DNA of 64,000 nt from Candidatus Eiseniibacteriota bacterium (GTDB lineage: Bacteria; Eisenbacteria; RBG-16-71-46): the NCBI GenBank assembly GCA_963717505.1, contig OY970342.1, positions 1,888,001 through 1,952,000 of the forward strand, read 5' to 3'. Position numbers and translations under genes: made by a program. How positions within the stretch are numbered: the stretch's first letter is position 1; every line of letters begins with the position of its first letter. The notes beneath the pieces are model-generated. The model did no database searches, was not told the origin of the DNA, and was given only the letters and a program-made list of their open reading frames with translations. Below, in pieces: positions 48,061-58,221 of this stretch.

Positions 48061-50222
48061 GCCACGTCCTGCTGTTCGAAATCGGCGCCGAGGAGATCCC
48101 GCCCTCCTACGTGCCGCAGGCGCTCGACCAGCTCGAACGCGGCGCGCGCGCCGGTCTCGAGGAGCTGCGCCTGGCGTTCGAGGACGTTCAGGTCTACGGG
48201 ACGCCGCGCCGACTCGCATTGATGGTGCGCGGGCTCGCAGGTCGGCAAACCGATCGCGACGAAGAGGTCACCGGCCCGAGCGCCAAGGCCGCGTTCGATG
48301 CCGCGGGCCAACCGACCAAGGCGCTGCTCGGCTTCTGTCAGGGACGGGGTGTGGACCCGGCGTTGGTGCGACGCGTGCAGACTCCGAAGGGCGAGTACGT
48401 CGCGGTCACCGTGCATCACGTCGGCAAGCCCGCGGCCGAAGTCCTGCGACCGTTGTTGACTCGGCTCGCGACCACGATCGGTTTTCCCAAGACCATGCGC
48501 TGGCTCGCCGACGACACGCGATTCGCGCGGCCGGTGCGCTGGCTGGTGGCGTTGCTCGACGACCAGGTGCTGCCGGTGCGGGCGTTCGGAGTCGATGCCG
48601 GACGCGAGTCGCAGGGACACCGGTTTCTCGCGCGTGGGGCGGTGAGCCTGCGTCAGGCGCGCGAGTATTTGGGCGCGCTCGAGAAGGCATTCGTCCTGGC
48701 CGACCCCACGGAGCGTTCGGCACGGATCCGTTCCCAGGCGGAGACCCTCGCCCGCGAGGCCGGCGGGCGGATTCGCGACGACGAGGAGTTGCTGGCCATC
48801 AACGCGTTTCTCGCCGAATGGCCGACCGCGCTCCGGGGCGCCTTCGACGAGCGCTACATGAAGCTGCCTGTCGAGGTGATCGTGATGGCGCTGCGCGAGC
48901 ACCAGCGATTCTTCGCGGTCGAGCGCCCGTTGACGGGTCCCACTCGTCCGGAGCTGCTGCCCTCGTTCATCGCGGTCCGCGACGGCGACTCGCGCGGTCT
49001 GGATCAGGTCCGGCGCGGCAACGAAGAGGTGCTGGTCGCGCGGCTCGACGACGCCGAGTTCTACTGGCAGACCGACCAGAAGCGGACGCTCGAGCAATGG
49101 GTCGAGTCCCTGGGCTCGGTGGTGTGGATGGAGGGCTTGGGGTCGCTCCGGGACAAGGCAGCTCGCCTCGAGTCCCTCACCGATTGGCTCGCCGACCGAC
49201 TGAACCCGAGTGCGAAGACAGCCGCCCGTCGCGCCGCGCTGCTCTGCAAGACGGATCTCACCTCGGAGATGATCGGGAGTGGCAAGGAATACGCGTCGTT
49301 GCAGGGAGTGATTGGCGCGTACTACGCGAAACATGCCGGCGAGCCGGAGGAGGTTCGGTTCGCGATCTACGACCACTACCGTCCCGCTTTTGCGAACGAC
49401 GTACTTCCTACCACCGACGCCGGGCTGATTCTTTCGCTCGCGGACAAGCTCGATCACGTTGCCGGCTCCTTCATCGCAGGGAAGGTGCCCAAAGGGAGCG
49501 AGGATCCTTACGGAGTGCGTCGTGCCGGCAACGGGGTGATTCGCATCCTCATGGAAAAAGATCGCTCCCTCGACCTCTACGCTGCGTCGATGGAGAGCAC
49601 ACGGATCCTGTTCGCCAACGATCCGGAGCTGCCCCACGCGGCGATCATGAAGCAGCTCGGAGCCTTCTGGCGCGGGCGGGTGGAAAGCGCGCTCGACGAC
49701 CGCTCGATTGCCTACGACGAGCGCGACGCCGCGGTCGAAGCCCGGGTGGCGGGTTCTGAGGTGGGGCGGCCGGGGTGGACCGACCCGGCGGATTGCCTGA
49801 GCCGCGCGCGGGAGCTTCGCGGTTTTCGGGCGGACGCCCGGTTCGAGTCGCTTGTGATCCTGTTCAAGCGCGTGGCCAATATCCTCAAGGCCGCGACCGA
49901 ACCCCTGCCGGCATCCCTCGATCGGGCGGCCCTGGTCGAGCCGGCCGAGCAGGCGTTGCATTCCGCTCTGCTGCGGGCCCGGGAGGCGACGGATCCGCTC
50001 TGGGCCCGCCGGGCCTACCGAGACATCCTGCCGGCCCTGCTCGATATGGAACGGCCGATCCATACCTTTTTCGACGTGGTCCTGGTCAACGCCGAGGAAG
50101 CGCGCATCCGCCTGAACCGGTTGCGCTTGCTGGACGAGGTGCGGGCCCTGTTCCTGCGCGGGTGGGATTTGTCGCGCGTGGTGGTCGAGGGCGAGCGGGT
50201 GCCGGTGTCGGCCGGGAGGTAG
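48057..50222 (+). CDS. glyS: Glycine--tRNA ligase beta subunit
   Basis: [51 protein letters not shown] overlap with glyQ. Confidence 0.93.
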   Translation: MSHVLLFEIGAEEIPPSYVPQALDQLERGARAGLEELRLAFEDVQVYGTPRRLALMVRGLAGRQTDRDEEVTGPSAKAAFDAAGQPTKALLGFCQGRGVDPALVRRVQTPKGEYVAVTVHHVGKPAAEVLRPLLTRLATTIGFPKTMRWLADDTRFARPVRWLVALLDDQVLPVRAFGVDAGRESQGHRFLARGAVSLRQAREYLGALEKAFVLADPTERSARIRSQAETLAREAGGRIRDDEELLAINAFLAEWPTALRGAFDERYMKLPVEVIVMALREHQRFFAVERPLTGPTRPELLPSFIAVRDGDSRGLDQVRRGNEEVLVARLDDAEFYWQTDQKRTLEQWVESLGSVVWMEGLGSLRDKAARLESLTDWLADRLNPSAKTAARRAALLCKTDLTSEMIGSGKEYASLQGVIGAYYAKHAGEPEEVRFAIYDHYRPAFANDVLPTTDAGLILSLADKLDHVAGSFIAGKVPKGSEDPYGVRRAGNGVIRILMEKDRSLDLYAASMESTRILFANDPELPHAAIMKQLGAFWRGRVESALDDRSIAYDERDAAVEARVAGSEVGRPGWTDPADCLSRARELRGFRADARFESLVILFKRVANILKAATEPLPASLDRAALVEPAEQALHSALLRAREATDPLWARRAYRDILPALLDMERPIHTFFDVVLVNAEEARIRLNRLRLLDEVRALFLRGWDLSRVVVEGERVPVSAGR

Positions 50223-50244
50223 GCGTCCCGGGCTGCGTAATTCC

Positions 50245-50273
50245 TTGACACAATGCGGCAAGCTCCATAGAAT
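50245..50273 (+). promoter_or_regulatory. Near-consensus sigma70 promoter
   Basis: TTGACA-N17-TAGAAT. Confidence 0.7.
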
Positions 50274-50376
50274 CCTTGCACTTACCTTTGTCGCGTCTCC
50301 CCTTGCACGCACCCATGAACCGTTGAATATTGCTGGGCTTGGCTGGTGCCTCCTGCCGGCGCGCCCCGAGGCGCTC

Positions 50377-51054
50377 ATGACCTCCCTGCTTCGCAACCTC
50401 GCGATTCTCGCTTCGGGCGGCCTTCTCGCTTCCACTTCGGCCATGGCCTCGGTGCCCAGCGCGGCCAATTCCGACGTCCCGTGCGGGATCGTCCTGGTCG
50501 GAACCTTCGCCGGCGTCCCAGACCCACGCGGTGAGTTCACGATCATCGTTCGGGACCAGGCCAACAACCCGATTCCGAACGCTCGGGTCGAGATCGTCCT
50601 CTGCGACTGCAGGGGGTCCGGGGGCGAGCAGGACATCCGGCTGTGTTCCCATCAGCCGGATCCCGACGTCACCGGCATCCTGTGCGAGACGCAATGTCCG
50701 GGAGGCCTGCTGACTGCGAGCACCGACGGTGCCGGACAAATCACGCTGACCGTGACCGGTGGTGCGAACAACCTCGGAAGCGGCGAACCCGCTGCTCCTT
50801 TCAAATGTGCGAGCGTCTACGTCGAGGGCGTGAACCTCGGCGCCATGAACGTCGGCGTGTTCGACCAGAATGGCGCCGGAGGGGTCAATCCGGCGGACAT
50901 GTCGGTGTGGCTGTCCGACTCGTTCAGTCTGGAGCTCGAGGGTCGATCGGACTTCAATTGCACCAACAGCGTGAATCCCGCGGACCTCTCGATCCTGATC
51001 GCCGCCTCGCTCTCGGGGAATTCGCTGTCGAGCTGCAGCTCCTACTGCTTCTAA
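50377..51054 (+). CDS. Secreted Cys-rich protein with Ig-like (Big_1-like) region and C-terminal dockerin-like paired Ca-binding loops
   Basis: Signal peptide; VRDQANNPIPNARVEI...TDGAGQ; repeats DQNGAGGVNPADMSVW and DFNCTNSVNPADLSIL; 10 Cys. Confidence 0.7.
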   Translation: MTSLLRNLAILASGGLLASTSAMASVPSAANSDVPCGIVLVGTFAGVPDPRGEFTIIVRDQANNPIPNARVEIVLCDCRGSGGEQDIRLCSHQPDPDVTGILCETQCPGGLLTASTDGAGQITLTVTGGANNLGSGEPAAPFKCASVYVEGVNLGAMNVGVFDQNGAGGVNPADMSVWLSDSFSLELEGRSDFNCTNSVNPADLSILIAASLSGNSLSSCSSYCF

Positions 51055-52604
51055 GGAGCCTCGCGCTGCGGGTCGACGCCACCGGCGGAGCGTAACGCTC
51101 GTTCCCTGAGTGCCGCCGCCTCGGCCATCGTCGAATCCAGCGCCAACGCCCGGTCGAGTCGCGCCAACGCCCCTCGGGGATCGCCCAATTGCAGCAGCGC
51201 GAGCCCGGCGTTCTTGTACAGGAACGCCTCGCCCGGAAATCGGGCAATGCCGCGTTCGAGCAGGACCCACGCGTCGCCCACCTGCCGATTCTGAATCAGG
51301 GCCCAGCCCAGGTTGTTGTAGGACTCGGCACTCGAGGAGTCGACCGCGAACGACTGGCGCTGGTTCGCCACCGCCTCGCCGTACATACCGCGCTTCGAGT
51401 ATGAGTCGGCCAGGTTGAAGTAGGCGCCGGCGCGCACGGCGGGGTCGCGGGGGTGGTGGCGGAGCATGGCTTGGAACAGCGAGTCGGCCGTCGCGTAGCG
51501 GCCGTCCTGGACCGCGAGTATCCCGAGCGAGCTGAGCACGTTGGCATTCGCGGGATCCTTGGCCACCGCTTGCTCGAGCAGGCTGCGAGACAGGTCCGAG
51601 CGGCCGGCCTGGTTCGCCTCGAGGGCGAGCTCGAACAACCGTCCCGCTTCCGCCTGTCTCTTCGACCCGCGAGAGACCATAAAACCCAGGCCCACGACCC
51701 CGAGGGTGACGACCAACGCGAGACCGACGAACAGCGCACGCGCCCGACCCGCCCGTGAACCCACCGGGGTTTGCATGTAAGTTTCGGCGCCGGTCCCCGA
51801 AACCCCGGTCAGCGAAGCCAGCTCCCGCGCCACGTCCGCGGCGCCGATGCGGGATGCCGGATCCTTCTCGAGCATGCGCTCGACCAGCCTGACGGCGGCC
51901 TCCGGCGCTTCCGGACGCGCGGCTGACAATGACGGCGGCGGCTCGTTCGTGATCTGGAACATGGTCGCCATTGCATTGTCGCTGGGATAGGCGCGACGCC
52001 CCGCCAGCATCTCCCACAACACCAGTCCGAGCGCGAATACGTCGGAGGCCGCGACCGGTTCGCTGCGAATCGCTTCCGGCGACATGTATGCCGGCGTGCC
52101 GAGCTGGGTGCCGGCCACCGTGACGCGTGACGCCTGCGTGGCGCGCGCCAGGCCGAAATCCATGACCCGGATCGCCCCATGTTCGTCGAACATCAGGTTC
52201 TCGGGTTTGATGTCCCGATGGCTGGTGCCGCGGCGGTGCGCGTAGGCGAGCGCGTCGGCCACATCGCGCGCGATGGTCAGAGCATCGGTCAACGGGAGCG
52301 GTCCGCCGGCGAGTCGCTCGCGCAGACTCGGTCCGGCCAACAGCTCCATCGCGATGAACGGCCGCTCGGCGTCGGGCTCGAACGCGTACACGGTGGCGAT
52401 GTGAGCGTGTCCGAGCTCGGCCGCTGCGAGGGCCTCGCGCTCGAAGCGCTCGAGCGCGTGCGGCTCCGACATCAGCTCGGCAGACAGGAACTTGAGCGCG
52501 ACCCGGCGGCGCAGCTTGAGGTCGGTCGCTTCCCAGACCTCGCCCATGCCGCCGCGGCCGATGCGGCGCAGCAACTCGTAGTGCGAGATGCGTTCGTGGT
52601 CCAT
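51051..52604 (-). CDS. Hanks-type Ser/Thr protein kinase with TM and C-terminal TPRs
   Basis: IGRGGMGEV, VALKFL, HRDIKPEN, DFG, GTPAYMSPE; one TM; TPR repeats. Confidence 0.93.
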   Translation of the reverse strand: MDHERISHYELLRRIGRGGMGEVWEATDLKLRRRVALKFLSAELMSEPHALERFEREALAAAELGHAHIATVYAFEPDAERPFIAMELLAGPSLRERLAGGPLPLTDALTIARDVADALAYAHRRGTSHRDIKPENLMFDEHGAIRVMDFGLARATQASRVTVAGTQLGTPAYMSPEAIRSEPVAASDVFALGLVLWEMLAGRRAYPSDNAMATMFQITNEPPPSLSAARPEAPEAAVRLVERMLEKDPASRIGAADVARELASLTGVSGTGAETYMQTPVGSRAGRARALFVGLALVVTLGVVGLGFMVSRGSKRQAEAGRLFELALEANQAGRSDLSRSLLEQAVAKDPANANVLSSLGILAVQDGRYATADSLFQAMLRHHPRDPAVRAGAYFNLADSYSKRGMYGEAVANQRQSFAVDSSSAESYNNLGWALIQNRQVGDAWVLLERGIARFPGEAFLYKNAGLALLQLGDPRGALARLDRALALDSTMAEAAALRERALRSAGGVDPQREAP

Positions 52605-52646
52605 TCGGGAGCGCGAAGGCTACTGCTCGGACGGACCCCCAACAAG

Positions 52647-52662
52647 ACCGGTGAATTCCGGG
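52647..52662 (+). repeat. Left target-site duplication (16 bp)
   Basis: Identical to 54023-54038. Confidence 0.9.
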
Positions 52663-54022
52663 TGTAAGGGAGCAGGCTTCTGACCGCGTTTGAGCAGCGA
52701 AGTGACCGCCGGGCGGGTGGGGCTGCTAAGACTGGACGCCAAGGAGGGTCCAGCGATGGCAGCGACCGCAGCCGCCCAGGAGCGGGCCATGAGATTTCAG
52801 GAGGTCATTTTGCAGGCGACACGCGGCAAGATTTCGTGGTGGCAAGCCGCCGAAGTGCTCGGCATCAGTCCGCGGACCTTGCGTCGCTGGAGAGTGGGTT
52901 ACCAGAAGTACGGAGTCAGGGGACTGCAGGACGGGCGTCGCGTGGATCGGGCCCCGAATGGGGTTCCAGAAGCGGAGATCCAACGTTGGATGAAGCTCTA
53001 CGAGCGGCACTGCCGCGGTTATAACGTGCGGCACTTCTACGCGGTGATGAAGCGTGAGCAGGGTGGCTGTCGCTGGTCGTACACGGTGGTGCGACGCGCG
53101 CTCCAGCACGCCGGCCTGGTGAAGAAGAAGCGTCCGCGCGGACGGCACTTCATCCGGCGCGAACCGCGTCCGTGCCGTGGCGAGCTCATCCACATCGACG
53201 GCAGCCGACACCGCTGGCTGACGCTGCTGCCGGACCAATGGCAGTGCCTGATTGCGGTCGTAGACGATGCGACCAAGCACCTGCTGTACGCGCAACTCGT
53301 CGAGAGCGAGACGACGACGACGATCATGACCGCACTGGCGGCCGTGGTCCGTGAACACGGCATCCCCCAGAGCGTCTATAGCGACCGTGCTGCGTGGGCC
53401 ACCTTCACTGCCCGTGCCGGCCAAGTCGTCGACCGATCGCGGCACACTCAGGTCGGACGGGCGCTTCACCATCTCGGCGTCGAACACATCATGGCCTACT
53501 CGCCGCAGGCCCGGGGCCGCAGCGAGCGCGTCAACCGTACGCTCCAGGACCGGTTGATCAAGGAGTTGCAGACCCACCACATCCGCACGGTCGACCGCGC
53601 CAATCGTTACCTGCGCGAGCGGTTCGTGCCCGAGTACAACCGCGAGTTCGCCCGCACCCCGGCCGAGGACGCATCCGGGTTTGCACCTCTCGGCGGGGCG
53701 GACCTCGATGCGATCTTCTGTCACCTCGAGTCCAGGACCGTGCAGCGCGACAACACGGTCACCCTGGATGGCCTCACGCTTCAGATCGCTCGTCAGCCCG
53801 GTCGCAGGACCTGTGCGGGCCTCACCGTCGAGCTGCGACGTCATCTCGACGGAACCCACACCATCACCTGTGGCACCAAGCTCTTCGGTCGCTACTCGGC
53901 CCAGGGACGTGCCCTCAGCGTTGAACCCATCGTTCACCCGGCGGCTGCAGTTCAGGCCGCCGTTGCTTAGGACCAGCGGTCAGATCGCTGCTCAAAAACG
54001 GTCAGATGGCTTGCTCTCAACA
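52663..54022 (+). mobile_element. Insertion sequence, IS1202 family (IS481/ISNCY-related), 1360 bp
   Basis: TGT...ACA ends, 47-bp imperfect terminal IRs, and flanking 16-bp direct repeat ACCGGTGAATTCCGGG at 52647-52662 and 54023-54038. Confidence 0.9.
52756..53970 (+). CDS. DDE transposase (IS1202/IS481-like)
   Basis: N-terminal HTH (AAEVLGISPRTLRRW), GELIHIDGS, VDDAT, YSDR, SPQARGRSERVNRTLQDRL. AAGGAGG RBS. Confidence 0.92.
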   Translation: MAATAAAQERAMRFQEVILQATRGKISWWQAAEVLGISPRTLRRWRVGYQKYGVRGLQDGRRVDRAPNGVPEAEIQRWMKLYERHCRGYNVRHFYAVMKREQGGCRWSYTVVRRALQHAGLVKKKRPRGRHFIRREPRPCRGELIHIDGSRHRWLTLLPDQWQCLIAVVDDATKHLLYAQLVESETTTTIMTALAAVVREHGIPQSVYSDRAAWATFTARAGQVVDRSRHTQVGRALHHLGVEHIMAYSPQARGRSERVNRTLQDRLIKELQTHHIRTVDRANRYLRERFVPEYNREFARTPAEDASGFAPLGGADLDAIFCHLESRTVQRDNTVTLDGLTLQIARQPGRRTCAGLTVELRRHLDGTHTITCGTKLFGRYSAQGRALSVEPIVHPAAAVQAAVA

Positions 54023-54038
54023 ACCGGTGAATTCCGGG
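54023..54038 (+). repeat. Right target-site duplication (16 bp)
   Basis: Identical to 52647-52662. Confidence 0.9.
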
Positions 54039-54102
54039 TGCCGAGTCGATTCGAGCGGACCCGCGACCGCCCGCGCGCAGTGAGGCGGGTGCGAGGCGGC
54101 GA

Positions 54103-55074
54103 CTATGGGGTCGCGCGGGACAGCTCGGCCGCTTTCTTGGATTCCGCCGCGGCCAGGTCGGTCAATCCCACGGTGCGATAGGCGCTGCTCAGCGCCTCGT
54201 GTGGTCCGGGCGCCTCGGGATCCAGCCGGCACAACGCCTCGAAGTGGGGGATGGCTTCGCCGTACAGGCCCTGGCCCATCAGATAGGACCCGGCCAGGTA
54301 ATGCGCCGCCTGCGGCGCTCCTTCGCGACTTGCGCGTTCGATGCTGCTCAGGTGGTCGACGACCTGGCGCGACTCGGGCGGCGTCATGACCGAGAACGCG
54401 GTGGCCTCGCTCCGGATGCGTCCCGACTCCCCCCACGCCGTGAGCTCGATCACGTAGTCGACTCCAGGCGCCAGTGAAGCCCGTTCCGCGGGGAACGCGG
54501 CGGAGGTGTCAGCGGTCTCGAGCCGGAACAGCTCGTCGTCGGCGTCTCCCGAAACCACCAGGAGATAGCGCGTGGCGCCGGGCACCGGGCGCCATTGGAA
54601 TTCCGGACGATCGCTGCGAATCACCGTGCGACGAGGCGACAGCACGAGGGGCTGAGGTTCTCCCGCATCGCCGCGCATCGGCGCGAGAGCGATCATCCCC
54701 GACTGCTTGGACTCGCCCTTGATGAAGCGAGAGATCTTGAGGAAGACGTCCCGCGAGACATCGGAGCCTGGTCCGAGCCGCTGCGCGTTTTCGGCGGTGA
54801 CCTTGCCGCCCACCGTCACCGTGCTCTGAGCACCCAGCTCGATCAGGTTGCCGTTGCCGAAAAAGAGTGAGGCGCTACTCGCGGCCCCTACCTGCACCCG
54901 GTCTCCGCGCTCGAGCGGACGCCCGAGCACGGCGCGCTGCGCCGCGCTCGAACCGGCCGGGGTGACCGTGACCTTGCCCTTCATTGCGACCACGAACGCC
55001 ACCGGATCGGCCAGCGCGACCGAGGCCAGGAACGTGGCGAGCCCAACGCATCCGACGATGCCGAGCCGGGTCAT
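54103..55074 (-). CDS. Secreted protein: FecR-like N-terminus, DUF928-like Ig domain, C-terminal TPR
   Basis: Signal peptide; GKVTV...LERGDRVQVG...ASLFF (FecR-like); LSPRRTVIRSDRPEFQW...ATRY; TPR at the end. Confidence 0.6.
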   Translation of the reverse strand: MTRLGIVGCVGLATFLASVALADPVAFVVAMKGKVTVTPAGSSAAQRAVLGRPLERGDRVQVGAASSASLFFGNGNLIELGAQSTVTVGGKVTAENAQRLGPGSDVSRDVFLKISRFIKGESKQSGMIALAPMRGDAGEPQPLVLSPRRTVIRSDRPEFQWRPVPGATRYLLVVSGDADDELFRLETADTSAAFPAERASLAPGVDYVIELTAWGESGRIRSEATAFSVMTPPESRQVVDHLSSIERASREGAPQAAHYLAGSYLMGQGLYGEAIPHFEALCRLDPEAPGPHEALSSAYRTVGLTDLAAAESKKAAELSRATP

Positions 55075-55301
55075 GCCCCCCTCCGCAATCCATTGAATTC
55101 GCCCACGAATCAACCCTAGGTCACGCGCTCCATGCCGACAACGGCTCTTCCGGACGGCGGAGCAACATCACCCCTGCGGCCCGAATCGACCCCACCCCAT
55201 TGCCGCCGTCCGTCTCTGGATCAAAGTACCCCGGCGCCCGTTCGAAGTTGGTGCGCCAGAAGCCCCTGGACCGGCTGCGCTCTTGGCTTCAGGGGCGGTC
55301 C

Positions 55302-55330
55302 TTGCCGCCTGCCGGGGCTGCGGCTAAGGT
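55302..55330 (+). promoter_or_regulatory. Sigma70-like promoter for pyrR
   Basis: TTGCCG-N17-TAAGGT. Confidence 0.4.
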
Positions 55331-55347
55331 GCCTGGACTCGGGATGA

Positions 55348-55938
<591 letters not shown>

Positions 55939-55963
55939 GTCCGCACGCTCCGGGCGCGCACCG

Positions 55964-58039
55964 CTAGTCGAGCGGCCCCGAACCACCCACCAGTACGAAG
56001 GGCGCCCAGAAGTAAGGGGACCGCGTCTCCACGTCCTGCAGCAGGATCCGCTTCGCGTCCGCGAGGGCGCCGGCGCGGGACAGGCCAGCCTTGAGCACCT
56101 GTCCGTAATAGCGTTCGAGCAGTTGGTCCGTCGAACGGCCTCGGACGCGCCAGTGGCTCAAGAGGACGCTCTCGGCGCCGGACGCCAGGAATCCATGCGC
56201 GAAGCCGACCACGCCCTCGGCACCATCGATCCTCCCGAGCCCGGCCTCGCACGCGGGAATCGTGACCTGCGAAGCGCGGAGGCGCAGCCCCACGAGGTCG
56301 GCGAGGCCCACGAAGCTCGACTCGCTGCCGCCGGACTCAGCCGCGAGCCGTACCCCCGAACGCTCCGGCTCGATGTCGTTGGCCGTGGCCGGGCTCGCCA
56401 GGTGAAGCACGTCCGCCTCCATGAATTCGCGGGCCGCGAGCAGCCGCGATCGACTGGCCTCGGCGCTGGTCCACCCAACAAAGGAGCGCTTGCGGGCGAG
56501 CTTGGACAACGTCTCGAGCTGGTTCGTATCGCCGATCGCCAGGATCGGACCGACGACGACATCGTGAGACAAGCGGCCGAGCACGGTGGCGGAGGGGGCG
56601 TACGAGATCGCGAAGCGACTGATCAGGAAGTCGCGAGGCGTGGGCCCAAGGTCGGTGGCAGGAACTGCGAGCAGGGCCTCGAAGGGAATCGAAGCCAGTT
56701 CGCCGTCCGGCACCACGATCAGCTCCGAGACGCCCTTGAGCCAGGGCTCGGCCGGCTGGATCAGCGCGCGATAGAGCTGATGGCTGACGGTGAGGGCGTT
56801 GCGATCTCCCGCCCGGCTGGGGTCGGCGAGACTCGTTCGCAGGGTTCGCACTCGGTCGCGCAGGGCGCGGCGGGAGGGCAGGCTCAGGTGGCGAAACTCG
56901 TCTCGGCGAAGCACCCATAGCGAGGTGCTCGAGTCGCCTACGCTGTAGTAGAGCATCGCCACACGCTTCGAGATCAGCAGGCGCTGAGCGTCCTCGAGTC
57001 CCAGCAGGACCACGGAATCGCGCCCGGCTTCGGGGGCGCCCAGGAGGCGACGCCGGACCAGGAGCGTTTGTGCATGCGCGCGCTCCGCCCACATGAAGCC
57101 TCGAGTCGCGAAGCCGCTGTCGGGGAACGCCTTCTCGAGGCGCGCGTGCAAATGAACCATCGACTCGTAGGCAGGCAACGCCCCCGGCGCGGGTCGGGAC
57201 TCGGTCCGTCCGGACGAATCGATGAGCGCAATCGCCTCGCGGTAGTGCTCGATGGCCAGCGTGTGGTTGCGGCGACGCTCCGCGACGCCGCCGAGCCCGA
57301 TCAGGGCGCGCTGCGCCAGGTCGAGGGAGCCGGCGTAAAGGGCGAGTTCCAGCGCTTGTCGGTGCCCGGCTTCCGCAGGATCGAGGCGCCCGGAGAACTC
57401 CCGCGCGGTGGCGAGCCCGATCAGGTCCTCGGCGCGATCCTCCAGTCCCAGTCCGCCGGAACTCGCGAGCGCGCGTTCGAACCATGGTTCGGCATCGGCC
57501 GCTCGACCGCGGTCGAGTGCCAACCGGCCGATCAGCGACGCGGCGTTGCGGACCAGGGTCGAATCTCCCGCTTCCGACGCGGCGGCGAGCGATTCGCGCG
57601 CTCGCGCATCGGCTCCGGGGGCATCGCCCGACAGGCCCTGTGCCCAGGCGAGGTTCCGGAGAATCCGCGAACGGAGCGCGGGATCGCGGAGCGAGTCGGC
57701 AATCGCCAGGGCGCGGGTCAGGTCGTTGCGCGCGGGCCCGGGGTCGCCGAAGGAACCGGCCTCGAGCGCCATCGCCCCGAGGGCCTCGAGCACCGACGCT
57801 GCGCGCACAGGATCACCGAGCCGCCGATAGGATTCGAGTGCCACGCGATAGGCGCTGTCGGCGGTCGCGAAACGGTGCTGGTTGCGGGCGGCCAGCGCAT
57901 AGGCCTCGACGTCCTCCGCCGCCGGCGATTGGGCGTGCGCGACCAGCCCCGGGTCGAGGACTGCGCATTGCGAAACCAGCACGGCCAACGCGGCGGCCGG
58001 TCGGAAAAGGCCCCGGATCGCACGGCGCGAACGCTCCAT
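55964..58039 (-). CDS. TPR plus CHAT (caspase-like) domain protein with a degenerate active site
   Basis: TPRs, then LYRALIQP, LIVVPDGELASIPFEAL, YAPSA, ACEAG, AGAESVLLSHWRV, PYFWAPFVLVG. The usual HG motif reads HLASPA. Confidence 0.85.
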   Translation of the reverse strand: MERSRRAIRGLFRPAAALAVLVSQCAVLDPGLVAHAQSPAAEDVEAYALAARNQHRFATADSAYRVALESYRRLGDPVRAASVLEALGAMALEAGSFGDPGPARNDLTRALAIADSLRDPALRSRILRNLAWAQGLSGDAPGADARARESLAAASEAGDSTLVRNAASLIGRLALDRGRAADAEPWFERALASSGGLGLEDRAEDLIGLATAREFSGRLDPAEAGHRQALELALYAGSLDLAQRALIGLGGVAERRRNHTLAIEHYREAIALIDSSGRTESRPAPGALPAYESMVHLHARLEKAFPDSGFATRGFMWAERAHAQTLLVRRRLLGAPEAGRDSVVLLGLEDAQRLLISKRVAMLYYSVGDSSTSLWVLRRDEFRHLSLPSRRALRDRVRTLRTSLADPSRAGDRNALTVSHQLYRALIQPAEPWLKGVSELIVVPDGELASIPFEALLAVPATDLGPTPRDFLISRFAISYAPSATVLGRLSHDVVVGPILAIGDTNQLETLSKLARKRSFVGWTSAEASRSRLLAAREFMEADVLHLASPATANDIEPERSGVRLAAESGGSESSFVGLADLVGLRLRASQVTIPACEAGLGRIDGAEGVVGFAHGFLASGAESVLLSHWRVRGRSTDQLLERYYGQVLKAGLSRAGALADAKRILLQDVETRSPYFWAPFVLVGGSGPLD

Positions 58040-58124
58040 GTTCAGAAAATGCCACGTCCAGAGAGTCACTGGCGGCATCCTCGGGCAATCCGCAGCCGGC
58101 GACAAACGTCTCGCGCCGACTTCC

Positions 58125-58153
58125 TTGATCTCGGCGACGCGAAACGCTACATT
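58125..58153 (+). promoter_or_regulatory. Sigma70-like promoter for the pyrB operon
   Basis: TTGATC-N17-TACATT. Confidence 0.55.
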
Positions 58154-58182
58154 CCGCCACCGAGAAAACCATTCGGTTCCGT

Positions 58183-58217
58183 CTCTTTAACGCGACCCCG
58201 CGAGGTCGCGAAGGGGG
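58183..58217 (+). promoter_or_regulatory. PyrR binding loop (RNA element) overlapping the pyrB Shine-Dalgarno
   Basis: CTCTTTAA-CGC-GACCCCGCGAGGTC-GCG-AAGGGGG matches the PyrR consensus CUUUAA...RCCNGNGAGGY...AAGG. Confidence 0.8.
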
Positions 58218-58221
58218 TGTA

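Noticed and set aside
49200-49650. Slightly lower-GC stretch inside glyS (a similar one lies at the 3' end of permease 2)
   Set aside because: The reading frame and conserved motifs are intact with no boundaries or repeats. It cannot be distinguished from normal variation without computation.
52620-52662. dif/XerCD site next to the IS1202-type element
   Set aside because: No AT-rich 11-6-11 XerC/XerD pattern is present, and the long DR argues against the Xer-targeting subgroup.
58055-58070. Second PyrR loop at GTCCAGAGAGTC
   Set aside because: It lacks the CUUUAA element and closing stem, and lies upstream of the predicted pyrB promoter.
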